Positions 50,260-63,416 of a stretch of DNA of 64,000 nt are shown one piece after another. The notes beneath the pieces were generated by a model that was not told the origin of the DNA, ran no database searches, and worked only from the letters and a program-made list of their open reading frames with translations. Position 1 is the stretch's first letter; every line of letters begins with the position of its first letter. Source of the stretch: Squalus acanthias (lineage: Eukaryota); assembly GCA_030390025.1 (NCBI GenBank), contig CM059444.1, positions 44,640,001-44,704,000 of the forward strand, in the 5' to 3' direction. The position numbers and the translations under genes were made by a program.

Positions 50260-53200
50260 GTTAGTACCAAAACCTTCCATTCTATTTTTTTTTTAAAAAC
50301 AGATGGTAGTTTCATGTTCAGCTGCAATTAATTTTAAAGTTTGAGTCAGTGTGTTCTGTAGAGGTAAAATGATTTGTTCAGCAGTGAACACTGATCTCCC
50401 TGCTGTACCATTAGCTCACAAGCAGTGTTGATTGGAGAAGATACTGTTCTTGCCCCCTCCAGGTTCGAAGGCAGCAAGTTTGAGTCAGTGGAACTTGTAT
50501 TTCTCCTGGAACCACCAATAAACTCTTTTTAGAAAGATACCAAGTGGCCAGTAAAATTGACAATCCTCAGTACGTACAAACTTTCTGCATGTTATTAAGC
50601 TCCTATGCCAAGTTACAAGCTTTGATTGACGACAAACACACCCACACACACTAAGTTAAAGTCTCTACTTTTGCTATATTTTGATGATTAAAGAAGAAAG
50701 CAGTCTGATGTCAATCTATTTTTAGCTAGTACTGTAATATTACTAGAATAGGAAAATGTAATCGTCCAGTAAACATTTGTTTATTCAGTTTTAAGCAATC
50801 AGAAAAATATGCATAAAACCATGAGAATTTAGATCAAAAGGTTTAATTACTAATGGACAAATTAACATTTTAAACTCCCAAGTGCAGAAATTGTCGATAA
50901 ACATCTTACCTTTACATGTAAACTCTATGGATAATGGTCCAGAATGTGAACCCTGACTGGGCCCCCTTTAGAGTTTGGCGGATTTGGTCCTGGTGTGCGA
51001 GGAAGAATACTGTACAATGCAAAACTAGCAGATGCAGCACTGCTCCCGTTTACCACCTTTTCAGAATGAGCAGCAACTTAGTAAATTAACACAGTTCCAG
51101 GACTGCTACTCAAAGTGTTCAAAATGCTCTTTTTCTACAAGTAATAAATGTGTTTTATTTGAAGAGAGCACGATTGCATTTTGTTTATTGGGACAATAGT
51201 GATTATCATGGGTAAACAATACAAATTGTGTGTGAAGTGTTTTCCGTATTCCATGCTGAAACATGCGTTATTCTATACCAGCTGTTCAATCGGCACTTGT
51301 GGCCCCCCGGGTGACAGACTGTAGGAGTTGATGTTGTGGTGTGACGTGTTTGAAGCGACCATATTGATGGATGTGACACTAACATTCATGGAGTGAGGAT
51401 CTTGTTTTATGATGGCAGCTTCTATCTCGAGGTGGGCCTGTTTTTCCTCATAGTAAGTGTTGAGATGCAGGTCTTATTGCCAGTTGTTTAGAAGAAGGAG
51501 TTAACTGGATGTTTCTTTGGACTGAATTATTTTGTCCTTTAATTTTTTTTTTGCTTTTTTTTGGAGTTGATGTTAGAATCTTGTGCTGTCGTGTTTGTTC
51601 ATTTTTCTGTGTTGGTTGTGAAGCATTTTGGGAGATTTTCAGGAGGCGATAAATGCAAGTTCCTTGTATTGTCAGGTGAGTGTTGTGGATCTGAAGTACG
51701 ATAGGTTTAATTTGGGAGGGGTAGGGTCGTGGTGTGGCGGGCAAGAAGAGGCTTAAGAAACCTTATTGGGCAGCTTGTTTTAAGTTTGTAGTGGGTTCAT
51801 TTTTGAAATTGAAAGTAGTGATGATGCTCTCGCAGTGTTTTAGGGAGTCATTGCACTTCGTGATATGGTGTACACCGTGAACATCCCAGGTTTGATCCAT
51901 GATGTACTCTTCGAAGGATGCTAGCTGCTCGGCAGTACCCCACCCAAGATCATTTTCATTGCAGTTCCCTCTCCGCAATAACTTTTTGCAAAGCAACTTC
52001 TTCTATATGGGATATTGACCGGCTAGAAGAAACGCGGATGTTAATGCAGTCCTGAGTTGGTGTTGGGCCAAAATGCTAATGGGTGACTCCCATCATGAGC
52101 ACACACACCAGCCCTAAACCAGCGAGGGGGTCCCCGTGTACATTCATCAATTCCCTGAACAGCCATTTAGGTTTTTTCTCATCCTCTTTGTAGAAAATGG
52201 CAGACAGGTTGACTGCATGGGGGGTTTGGTAATGCAAAACATCTGAACTGGAAAACTAAGGGGGGGGGGGGGGGAATCCTATGGGAAAGCAAAAAAAAAT
52301 TGCAGGATGTAATTTTCAGGAAATACGGCGTGATGAAGGTATGTATCTATATTTTTATATGGAAAATAAATCACCGACTGTTACAAGGTATTAACACGCT
52401 GGAGGGGAGGTTGAATTACATCATAAATTACGAAAGCAAAGCTTGAGCACTCCACTCAACCCCATCATTACAGCATTGAACAGACTCCCAAACATTGTTC
52501 ACTCACTTTTTTATAATGTATCCAGTCTAATGTTATTTGTCTTTCTATAGCTTTTGTTATTGGTGGTTCACTGTTGGAGGTGGTGCCTTCCACAGTTGCT
52601 GCATTTTGGCTTGAGCATTTCTCTCTGGCTCTGCATCATGTGACAGGAGGAAGAAGCATTTTAATGCAACCCAACACTGGGGAATGTTGAGGTCAGCTGA
52701 TGGGGAGCAAGGATTTTACCGAGCGAGAATACCATGTTTAACACCTATGCCGTACAGCAACAAAAGATGCCATTCTAATACATGTACCATTTCACTAAAT
52801 TTATTGAATTCTATGCTCCTCAATAGAAAATACTCTTTTATTCTCTTGGGAAGGGTAGTAGAGGAGGAGTAAAAATACTTGAACTATTTATTAATATCTA
52901 GCATATAGCTGGCAGTTGTTAAATAGAAGGTTGTGTAGATTTGATTTATTTTTCTAGTTTAAATACAGCTCATGTAATTCAACAAAGCAGATACTGTCTC
53001 TGCAAGTTTGGTGGTTTTATGTGGAGCTTAAATAAGAGGTTAAGATGTAATGCATGTTTGCCTGAGTATCGGACTACAAACCACACATCCTGTGTTCCCC
53101 TATGACACATATTGCTGAATATACTGTAATTAAAGAGGTTTTAACAAAAACAGTCGCAAAACATTGAGCAACCGAAACTGAGGAAACTGATTTGAGTGCA

Positions 53201-54704
53201 AAAAATGTGTGTCTATGGAAACTGCACTGTTCGATTGAACATTAATATATTCAGCTGTGCAGGTGTTTTAATAATTAAAAACTCATTTAGAACAGCACAG
53301 CCATGGGCATCATTTGTGATGGGGAACAGCCCTTCAGTAAGTTTAACGCTATGGATACCTGGCTTACTTAGTAAAATGTCCCTTTATTAAGAGACACTGT
53401 AATCTGTTGCACCCTCCTTAAAGAAACGTCACCAAGACATGACCTACTTTTTCATTCGCAAACTGAATATAGTAATCAATTAACTGTACTTAATCCTTTT
53501 CCCTTATTTTGTTCAATTTGTGCTCTGGTTGTAGGCGATGCTGGCAAGACTACATTTATTGGCCATCACTAGTTGCCTTAAAAAGCTGTGGTTCTTCTAT
53601 TTCCCCACTACCCCCCCCCGCCCGCCTCCTTCCACCTCTCCTCCAGTAGCCTGCATTGGGAAAACTAAATCTGAGGATTCAAATTTCAGTATTAACCAAT
53701 TGATCTCCTCTGGTGTTGCTTACGGTAATGCAAGGCCTGGGAACATGGTGGCTAGAGGGCAATATCGCAACAGTAGAAAATGGAGAGGAATAATTGGGCA
53801 AATTAAGAATTTTTCAGCACCTTTATATGTGTTTTAGTACTGATGAAAAGAACATCCCGGCAGATGAAATATGGGAAATCAACTTAACTCTAATTGCTTG
53901 CACACCCTATTTGTTCATATAACAGGAACTACAAGATGCATCTAGGTGTAAGATGGCAGGTGTTTTCAACAGGTGCCAGTGATCCACAGGCTGTAGATGT
54001 TGTTATCAGTTGTCAAAATGTTACAGGACAGGATCAATTATTTGGTTGGCAAAATTCTGGAAAACGATTGCTAGCTATATATAATACTGTGTCGTAGTAA
54101 GACGATTATCAAATATACATTTCTCGATACAAAACAGGGCTTGCTGGTTACACATAATTTGTAAAACGACTTGGTTTTTTAACAATTTATATTAAAAATA
54201 ATTAAGTATCTGGATGGGCATATTGGAGTATGATTTGATTTAAATAAACTTGTAAGTTAGAAAATGGGAAGGTGCGATCTTGATAACTGGTACCCCTTTG
54301 ATTTCTATATTTCCAGAGTTAGATTGGACAGAGTTCTTATTGTTATTTGACAGTCAAAAGCTGGAAAATGCACAACTGTATGTGTAGCTGGGGACCTGGG
54401 CTGCTAGGTTATTTGTATGTACATGAGTATAGTCTACTAGTACATTCCTGTTATAATCAATTCATTGACTAACATTTGCCTGTTGCTGACTTTGTTTAGC
54501 TTTAGCATTACACTGAAATAGATTTCCTTTCCCCCCACCCCCAATCATTAGTAACTTCCTTGGGCAGAATGATCCAAGTAGTCAACGTCTATAATACAAA
54601 ACTCCACGTCTTACTGGTTCTGTTTCAGAGAAGCAATCGCGGGTTTGCTGCATGTACGCCAGGTTGAAGTAATTGTTTTCTAAAAATGTTATGTGATTAG
54701 CGAA

Positions 54705-54711
54705 TACTAAC
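54705..54711 (+). promoter_or_regulatory. Perfect TACTAAC branch point before exon 3
   Basis: TACTAAC ends 17 nt before the exon start at 54729. Confidence 0.75.
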
Positions 54712-54728
54712 GGAATCCATTTATGCAG

Positions 54729-54945
54729 GACCAAACCTGTCAATGGGGATTTTCGTAAAGATCAACATAGAGAGCGAAGCCGTAGCCCAATAGAACGTGC
54801 TGCAGTGTCAACTATGAGCCATCTCAGCAAACATGCCTATGCTGGCATAGGACTACCAAGTATGTCAATGGAACAGCCTCTAGCACTGACCAAAAATAGC
54901 ATGGATGCAACTAGGACAGTCAGCATTGGTGTGGAACGACAGCAG
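54729..54945 (+). CDS. VGLL4: VGLL4 coding exon 3 (TKPVNGDFRKDQHRERSRSPIERAAVSTMSHLSKHAYAGIGLPSMSMEQPLALTKNSMDATRTVSIGVERQQ)
   Basis: Acceptor atgcag| and donor CAG|gtataa. 217 nt. RERSRSPIERA and EQPLALTKNS motifs conserved with VGLL4. Confidence 0.96.
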
Positions 54946-55414
54946 GTATAAACGCTGATCTTTTGGTTGGTTTCACATATTACAACATCTTCCTCTTCTA
55001 CTGTTTTGAAACTCTTGAGTTAGAGGTCTGTTATGCTCATGTACTGAGGTAGATGTGTGTGAATTGACTCATCTTTAATCTGTGGAAATGCCACCCCTCA
55101 TCCAGATTGTCTGGGTAAGGAGGGCAACATCCCTTGTGGGAGAATCAGAAAACTGAACTGGTGTCCCGCCATTCAGTGGTCCATCGGATACATTTGCATG
55201 GATATTAATGAGATTTGTTACAACTGCTGTCAAGAATAATTGACTCACCTCATTAACTGTATCCCTATGCAACCTCTATTTTTCAATAAAATTATAAATA
55301 GTACACACAAAAAGTCATTTGGCCCTTATGTTACGACACTGCCACTAAAATAAAACAGTAGAAACCCATCTCTAGGTGACGTTCCCTCTGGAGACCATAC
55401 CAACACCATGGTGT

Positions 55415-55840
55415 TGGTTTGGCTCGGTTGGTAGCACTCTCGCCTCTGAGTCAGAAGGTTGCGGGTTCAAGTCCCATGCCAGGACATAACCTAGGCTGGT
55501 TCTTCAGTACAGTTTATGGGAGTGCTGTATTGGCGGAGGTGCTGTCTGACGGATGAGACATTAAACTGAGGTGCACAACCTGCTTGTTCAGATGGATTTA
55601 AAAATCCTATGCCACTTTTTTGAAGAAGAACAGGGAGCTCTGTTGTTCTGGCCAACATTCATCCTGAACCAACGTCACCAAAAGCCGATTAACTAGTCCT
55701 CAAATCTTATTACTGTTTGTGGGATCTTGTGTGTAAATGATTTCCTACAAAAACATCAGTGACAAAAGTAACTCATTGATTGTAAAGTGTTTTAGGACAT
55801 TGAGGTTGTGAAAGTTACTATATAAATGCAAGTTTTTTTC
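55415..55840 (+). mobile_element. Deu-domain SINE, diverged
   Basis: tggctcggttggtagcactctcgcctctgagtcagaaggttgcgggttcaagtccc head, Deu core, tatataaatgcaagt tail. Confidence 0.85.
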
Positions 55841-56422
55841 ATAGCTGCTGGCAATCTATCCATCCAGCAATGTAGCCTGCTTATACAAGCCTTTCCCTAT
55901 TATTGGGGAAGGCACACGGACAGAAATTAAAAGTGGGAATTTGTGACTTTAGAACAGTAGAGTTGTTTGTGTGTCGCTGCTGGTTTGTGGAATCTGTCCT
56001 GCAGTGTAAATGGGACAGATTCCACAGCATCAGCTTCCCCAATATGTTAACAGAATTATTTCTATTAGAATTTGGCTATTTAAAGTGTAATATAAAGGGA
56101 GGGGAATCAAAGCCATTTCATTTGAAGCTTAAAGGTTTGCTTGTTTATGAAGCAAAAATTCTCACTGTTTACATTAAAACTGCAATGCTCTGTCAATCGT
56201 GGTTACCTCACTCTGCATGTATGTGGAACGTAGGTGGAGTGGTGTCATTTTGGTGCATCATGATGCATGATTGACTACCACATTCAGTCCCAATGTAAGT
56301 ACATAGTGAGTGACTTTAAATTGAATATTGTTGCATTTCCCCTCCTCCCGAACCACAGAATTTTCTGAGCACTGCTGAATTCAGGCATACAAAGTGATTG
56401 ATTAGTTTTCCAAAACAAATTA

Positions 56423-57338
56423 GTATTGAGGGAATGCTGCACTGAGAAGTGTTGTTAAACCGAGGCCCTGTCTGCGGTCTCCAGTGGACATAAAAGATCC
56501 CACAGCACTCTTCGAAGAAGAGTAGGGGAGTTCTCCGGTGTCCTGGCCAACAGTTATTCCTCAACCAACAGCACTAAATCACCTTCGAGCCACTTATCTC
56601 ATTGCTGTTTATGGGACATTGGGGCAGACTTTGATCTGGGACGTTTTCGTGCCCAGACTCTGCACTACCCAACAAGCAGGCGCCTGAATGAAGAGGATCG
56701 ATTGAAATTGATTCTCGGACCTCAGTGGCTTACTTGGTGCAAGCTTCCGGCATTGGTTGTGCCGAGTAGTGGCCCTCAGGTAATTCCCGGGAAGTGAGGG
56801 GGGAGGGGGCTTGGAGTGGACCATGGGGGCGGGGTGATCACGAATCCTGCAGGGTCGGGTGAGCACTCCTACTCCTCCCAACTCCTCAGGAACATTTTTT
56901 TTTAAATAAAAAAAAAAAATGTCACTACCTACCTTTTTTAGTTTATGGTCGCTGGCGCTGCTAAAGATTCCTGAGTGGGGCAGGCTCATTGCCGACTAAT
57001 TTCTGAACGGGGTTCTTCAACAGGCATTAGACTCCTTAGGGCTTGATGCCTGCTTCAGGTATCTGCCCAGGACGCCTAAAAAAGAGCCCCACAAATGTAG
57101 TAGTGGGATCAATGCCTGTGCAGATTGGGTGCAGCTAGTACCATTGCTAAATCAGTATACTTTGCACCCAAAAAATGGGCACTGCACATATCACATTCTA
57201 CCCGCTTGTGTACAAATTGGCTGATGCGTTTCCCTACATTACAGCAATGACTACACTAAAAGTGCTTCATTGGTTCTGAATTGCTTAGGGACATCCCGAG
57301 GTCCTGAAAGATGCTATATAAATGCAAGTTTGTTCTTT
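56423..57338 (+). mobile_element. Deu-domain SINE split by a MITE
   Basis: The SINE runs to cattgctgtttatgggac (about 56618) and resumes tgtgtacaaattggctg near 57207. Confidence 0.8.
56621..57203. mobile_element. Harbinger-like MITE nested in the SINE
   Basis: GGGCAGACTTTGATCT versus reverse-complement GGGTAGAATGTGATAT; interrupts the SINE cleanly. Confidence 0.6.
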
Positions 57339-57791
57339 AACATTTGATTGAACAAATCGGCGCGCAAAATTAACATTGGTTTCCAACTATAAATGTAGCA
57401 TAAGGCTTTAAAGAAAGCATATAGACTCTAAAGGGGGTGGGAGGGGTAAGTACCTATCAATAGGTCCCAGGTGGTAATTTGGGGAATTTTAAAAATCTAG
57501 TCATTGTTTGTGATGCCATTGATGAGGTTTCTTTCTATGGCCTGGAATTCAGTCTCTAAGTGTTTGTGTGAAAAGAGAGACCAGTGGAAAAGAAAACTAT
57601 CTACAACCTGTTCAGACCGACAGGTGCTGCTAACACTGAAGTAAAACGGTCGTTTTCAACCTTTTTCTGGGAGTTTTCCCCCCCCCCCCCCCCCCTCCAA
57701 GCTTCTGAAAGAAAGTGTCATCTACTAAAGTGAAAAAGTGGTATCGTTGCAAAAATGTTCTTCGTATACAACAACAGAAATAATTTCCTGT

Positions 57792-58172
57792 AAAGAAAGA
57801 ACTTACATTTCTATAATTCTTTTCACATTCTCAGTACATCCCAAAACGCTTCACAATTATTGGATTACTGTTGAAGTGCAGTTGCTGCTAAGTAGGTAAA
57901 TGAGGCAGATAGTGTGTGCACAGTAAAGTCCCACAAACAACAATGAATGAATGACCATATCATCTGTGGTGTTGGTTCAGAGAGAAACGTTGGCCAGGAC
58001 ACCCCCCCCCCCCCCCCGCCCCCCCCCTTTCCTCTTTAGGTTGTGATGTGGCATCTTTTAGATCCACCTGAGCTGGTAGACGGGAAGGCCTTGGGTTCAA
58101 TGGCTCATCCGAAAGATTGCACCTCCAACAGTGCAGCACGCCCTGTCAGCCGAGCTTATGCACTCAAGCCTA
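57792..58172 (-). mobile_element. Deu-domain SINE, diverged, reverse orientation
   Basis: ctcatccgaaagattgcacctccaacagtgcagca and aacttacatttctata are reverse complements of the Deu core and tail. Confidence 0.75.
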
Positions 58173-58643
58173 TAATGGGACTGAAAGTCAAAATTTTGTG
58201 AAGAGCCAAGTTGTCTGTCACTTGCCAAAAAATACAGCAAGAATATAGCATACAGATTCTTGAGAATGCCCAACCCAGGCAAACACAAGTCTGACCATGG
58301 GGACTATTGGGTCCTCTCTGTGGAACCCAGTTTTGAGCTGCAAATGGAACTTGCTGATTCTGCATCACCTCAGTGTATTTGCCAGAATCAGATGGATGAA
58401 TACTGGACTGTACAAAGCAGTCCTGCTAATGATAAATAACAAATGGATTTGTTTAAAAAAACAAATTACATACAACGAATGCAGAGGTCAATATTGACAT
58501 TGATATTAAAGTTGCCCCTTTATAAACTTGGACTACAATACATTACAATGCAATGCATTCAGGGCTTCAAGTTTTCCTGTAATTAAATGTTCATATTAGC
58601 TATTATTGCTAAGTATTCGGTCTTTGACTGATTATTGGAATAG

Positions 58644-58650
58644 TACTAAC
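58644..58650 (+). promoter_or_regulatory. Perfect TACTAAC branch point before exon 4
   Basis: TACTAAC ends 23 nt before the exon start at 58674. Confidence 0.8.
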
Positions 58651-58673
58651 GCACTGTTTTTTTGTCCATTCAG

Positions 58674-58797
58674 AATCGCCCATCAGTAATTACATGTGCA
58701 TCTGGTAACAATCGTAACTGCAACCTTTCCCATTGCCCTATTGCTCACAGTGGTTGTGTTCCAGCAATGCCCCCAAGCTACAGGAGACCCTCAAATC
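58674..58797 (+). CDS. VGLL4: VGLL4 coding exon 4 (NRPSVITCASGNNRNCNLSHCPIAHSGCVPAMPPSYRRPSN)
   Basis: Polypyrimidine tract plus ttcag|, donor |gtaagt. 124 nt. NRPSVITCAS and RNCNLSHCPIAHSGC match VGLL4. The terminal TDU exon was not found in the window. Confidence 0.96.
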
Positions 58798-60198
58798 GTA
58801 AGTCGCATTTCAGTGATGTTTATGCAAGCAATCTAACTCAATCCAGTCATGCCCTTAGGCCCTGTGTTTTTATTTTTAAAAATACAGTACTTGCCATCTG
58901 TGCAGCTTTCCCTTGATCATGTCAGCACTTGCTCGTCAAGTAAAGGGGCCTCACATGAACAGAAGTGAACCAAGTTTTTTTTTTGAGCTAAACTTTCTAA
59001 GTTTTGCATTACTAAGTTGGTACAGATCTCTTATGTTTGGCTCGGTTCACAAAACTTTTCTGCACTTCTCTATGAAATATAGTGGTAACTGTATGTAGGG
59101 AATGCAGCTTGATACGCTTTACATGGCAAACTCGGATTCTGAATAGACCCAACAACTGGCGACAATATGGGACTGTAGTGCCAAGTGCATGTGAATTAAC
59201 AAAGCAGGCCCATTGCAACTGGGCTTCAACTGAAGCCAATGTAGGTCATGAGAAAAGATCTTTCATATTTCTCCTGTGGCTTTCAGTTTGCACTGTTGTT
59301 TCAACACACCCACTGAAGAAATAAAATGGTGCTCTCATCGAAATTGAAGTACAATTTAAAACATTATCAGGAAATCATTTTTCTACTAAGTGCTTCCACC
59401 CTTGTGAAGAAAATGTTAACTGCTTGTTTCACGTTGTATAGTTTTTCAAATCGGCAACTTGTACTGGTAAGTGCCACTAATTGTATGCAGCTGTTAATGA
59501 CAGAAAAAGGAGGCAAATGCCATCCTATCGCACAGACTGACTGTATCCAGTTACCTGGAACATGTTACTACTGTAGCAATGATCAAATGCCTTGTAACGT
59601 CACTAGTATGAATAGCACCTGCTTCCTCCCGCCCCCTCCCCCCTCCAAAACCCCCTCATAGCTGGTGAAAGAGGGAATTGCCTTCTCTCTTAATGTTGCT
59701 GGTACTTTGCATTTCTCATTTGGAGTCACACACTCTAAGAACCCTCCCCCCCCCCCCCCCCCAAAGTCTCTCCTTTTATACTCAGCCACAATCACTTCTT
59801 CCTTTTCCCTCCCCTCTCATTCTATTGCATGTGTCCTTCTCCCATTTCAGTTTTCCGTTTTCCAATTCACTGTGTAATATCTTCGGTCTAAGAACCTAAT
59901 TTTTAATAGGTGGGTGGGCAATTTGAACATTTTACTCCTTTTGCCATGGGCTCCTCTAAACCTAATTTATATTTTGGGTTTCTCACTGATTTTACCCGAG
60001 TTTGCATTCAAGGAACGGGATCCTGTCGACATAATCTGGGTAAATGCAAGATACTTGTTCCCGATTAGGATAAAGGCTACTTGAGATTTAATTAAGAAAA
60101 CAACTGGTTGTTTATTACAAGAACATTGAATTGTTAACTTGGAGTGATCGCAGCAAAACATGCGGTGGTTATATTCCATAAAACCCAGAGTTATGGGA

Positions 60199-60540
60199 CA
60201 GACTACCATCAATCTATAACGGCAAAAAACACAGCAGTCATGTTCTACACATACTTGATACAGGTAACTCTTGCTGCAGTCAGCTTTCAACCTAGCTTCT
60301 CCATTTCAATTTTTCTGACATAAAGCCGGTGCTGGTGGAGTTGCAGGCCAAAGTATAAAAGTGTTTGGGCAGACTACCATCAATCTATAACGGCAAAAAA
60401 CACAGCAGTCATGTTCTACACATACTTGATACAGGTAACTCTTGCTGCAGTCAGCTTTCAACCTAGCTTCTCCATTTCAATTTTTCTGACATAAAGCCGG
60501 TGCTGGTGGAGTTGCAGGCCAAAGTATAAAAGTGTTTGGG
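60199..60540. repeat. Tandem duplication, 2 x 171 bp
   Basis: 60199-60369 and 60370-60540 read identical by eye. Confidence 0.95.
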
Positions 60541-62991
60541 TTGGATCCAAAACAAACTTCTGTTCTAGTTCCATCAGCAGTTTATTTCAGTTTCAACCAG
60601 AAAATCTGGATAAATGAGGAAATCCTGATCTTACTGGTGCTCAGTTGTGTCCGGTGTGCAGACTTTAAACCTTCTCACAGATGAGGCGAGGCAAATTGGT
60701 CATTTTTAAAAAAATCCAGTCTGGTACAGTTATGATAAATATTATTGAATACCTTTCTTTGAGAATTAAAGCTCATAAATGGCTTTACAAAATAAGATGC
60801 TGTGAAGGAAGTTAAATGGTCCGGGCCATTTATAACATTGTCAGAATATCTTGCCTTTTATTGCACTAAGGGAACTAGAACCCCCTTTAACAATTTTGCA
60901 TACAGTATTCTAATTTTATAAATAATAAATATGTAATGTATATAAAATAAATACAGCGTATTCCTGATGATTCTAAATTTCTTTTTAAAAGTTTTGAATT
61001 GTCTAGTAATTTGAATGAGGTGACTGAGTTAAGCATGGACAGTGTATATTTAACTCTTTATATATACTAGTTGTTGTCCTGTGATGCTGCACACAAGGAA
61101 TCAAGACCAAGTGTAGTCTCCAGGCGAAGCGGCCATTAGAGGGTGTCAGATAATTGGATCAGGGCATGTAGACTTAATTCCGTCCTCATTTTAAACTCCC
61201 ATGTTTTGACCTTCAATTTATATTTCCAAAATATATATATGTCCACATTTATAGTGGAAACTTCCTATGTAAACCTGTCACCCTACATCCTCATGTCGCT
61301 GGTGATGCTGCAGTGTCTCCATTGGTAGAAGAGTGTAATTACAGTATAGCAAGCTTACAATACAGTTTCCACTATAAATATGGATATAGGAATATATAAT
61401 GGAAAGGTTGACTGTAAGTGCGTGCATTAGTAAGATTTTTAATATAGATATATTATACACATTAGTAGTTCTCTTGTGGAGTTGCACACAGTTACGTTGC
61501 CTGCTTACTTGATCTTGTGCTCTCTATAGCTTTTTTTTCTCCACCCGCACCCCAGCTGCCTTTGTTTTCCCTTTTGCTTCTTTCCTGTGTTCTTCTGATT
61601 CTCTCTTCATTCCTTCCAGTGGGAAGTAATGGGTAGTATGGCAAAAGGGAATGGCGCTATTGAGAGTTGCAAGTTGGATTTTACAACGGTTGGTGTTTGT
61701 AAAATGGAGCCGGGGGGGGGGGGGGGGGGCGGTGCTGGCGATTTAAAATTTGAGAGGTAGGCAAAAGTGGGTAGAACCATTCGGGCGGAAGGACAGTCAG
61801 GAGTGAGGCTGGCGGGTATTCTAGTGGGGCGGAGCTGGAAAAGCAAGGCTCGATTTAAAATGTTGGGTGGTAAGCAGAGGGGAGCCGACACAAATCAGAG
61901 GCTGCAGTGGGGCAGAGCTGGCAAGGCAGAAGGTCCAACTGGGAGAAAGACTGCCAGCACCACCAGAACATCCTCTTCTGTGGGAAAGAGCTGATGGAGC
62001 AGCAGCACATGCTGAAGTTAATGCCTGGAAGGATTGGGGTGCAGGGCAGCAGGCATTTACTGGGGCAGAACCTGGTGTAAAGTGAAGATGGGAACATGGT
62101 GGGAGAGATTGCCGGGGCAACGTAACATTTTAATGGGGGGATGAGCTTGTTATTGTTTTTGTTGAAAGTAAGCTTTAACAATATATATATATAAAAAAAA
62201 AAAATAACTTTAAAAAAAATTTGCCTACAATGTTGATCTTCTGTCTTTTGAAATGCTGCACTGGTGGCCTCTTGACCCAGCTCAGCATTTTAGTTTCCTG
62301 GCCCTGCTGAGTGAACTCTGCAGCTTTAGACGCCCTTCATTTTTGAAATGCTGGCCCGTTGCCTCGCGTTTCCGATGTCTGATTTTCAGGGCAGTGAGAA
62401 GCAGTGGGCCGGCATTTCTGTTAACTGTGGCAATAGCCAATGACGATTAGACAGCAAGGGCAGGAGGCCCTGAGTCTAACCAGAGGGAGACAGGAGGTGG
62501 GGTCTGTGAGCCTAGGATCGAGGATCAGTCGAGGGAGCCGGCAGACTTGGGATTGGAGCCCACAGGCGCTGCGGGCCTCTGGTCAGGAAGTGGGAATGGG
62601 AGTCGGGGCTGAATAAAAATGGAGGTGGAAAAAGGCCTGGGAGTAAACGGACATTAAGTTAGCTATACAGAAGGAAAAATCAATGAAAATAAATATATTA
62701 AATTAAAAATAATACTCACCCGTACAGAAGAAATAAATTGGGTAAAAATCAAAATGGCTTGTGACATCTCGTATTGGGAGGGTAGATTAAAAATAATAGA
62801 AACAGGCATTACTCTCATTGCTAAGTGTCACAATGCATGACAATCCTGACAAAGTAAATGTGACAACAGGAAATGTGCATAGTCATATATGAATTTTACT
62901 GTATTAGGTGTGTGTCTGTGTAGAAAGAGAGATGATAACTAAGATGCAATCAAAATCTTGTAATAAACAACAGCAGAACCTGAATCAATTA

Positions 62992-63416
62992 CAGGAAACT
63001 TTCGTTTATCCGGCATCGACGGGACCGGCGTGGTGCCGGTTTATCGAAAGTACCGGATAACAGAGAGTTATATCTACCGAGGCTATTTTTAACAAAGAGA
63101 CTCCAAGCAGCACGGGAGAATCTACTCATGCTACTGCAATGTTTCGGACTTGCGACAGCGCCAGGAGGCCGAGTAGTGGCACTTTTGAAAAGTACCCCTA
63201 CTGAGTAAATCGGCGTTCGCGGACTCGGACTCAGACTCGGGATCGGCAACATTGCCGGTTATTTGAGAGGATTTTTCGGAGCACTCGGCGTTCGCGGAGA
63301 CTCGACTGCGACTCGGCAACATTGCCGGTTATTTGAGAGGAGTTTTCGGAGGATGATTTTTGCCGGTTAAGCGAGAATTCCGGATATTTGGGTGCCGGAT
63401 AAACGAAAGTTTCCTG
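62992..63416. mobile_element. Tigger/pogo-like MITE, same termini as 42593-42924
   Basis: TA-CAGGAAACTTTCGTTTATCCGGCA...TGCCGGATAAACGAAAGTTTCCTG-TA; internal ~70-bp imperfect tandem repeat at 63210-63351. Confidence 0.92.

Noticed and set aside
60199-60540. Alpha-satellite, given the 171-bp unit
   Set aside because: Only two units, no recognisable alphoid sequence, non-primate context; the length is coincidental.
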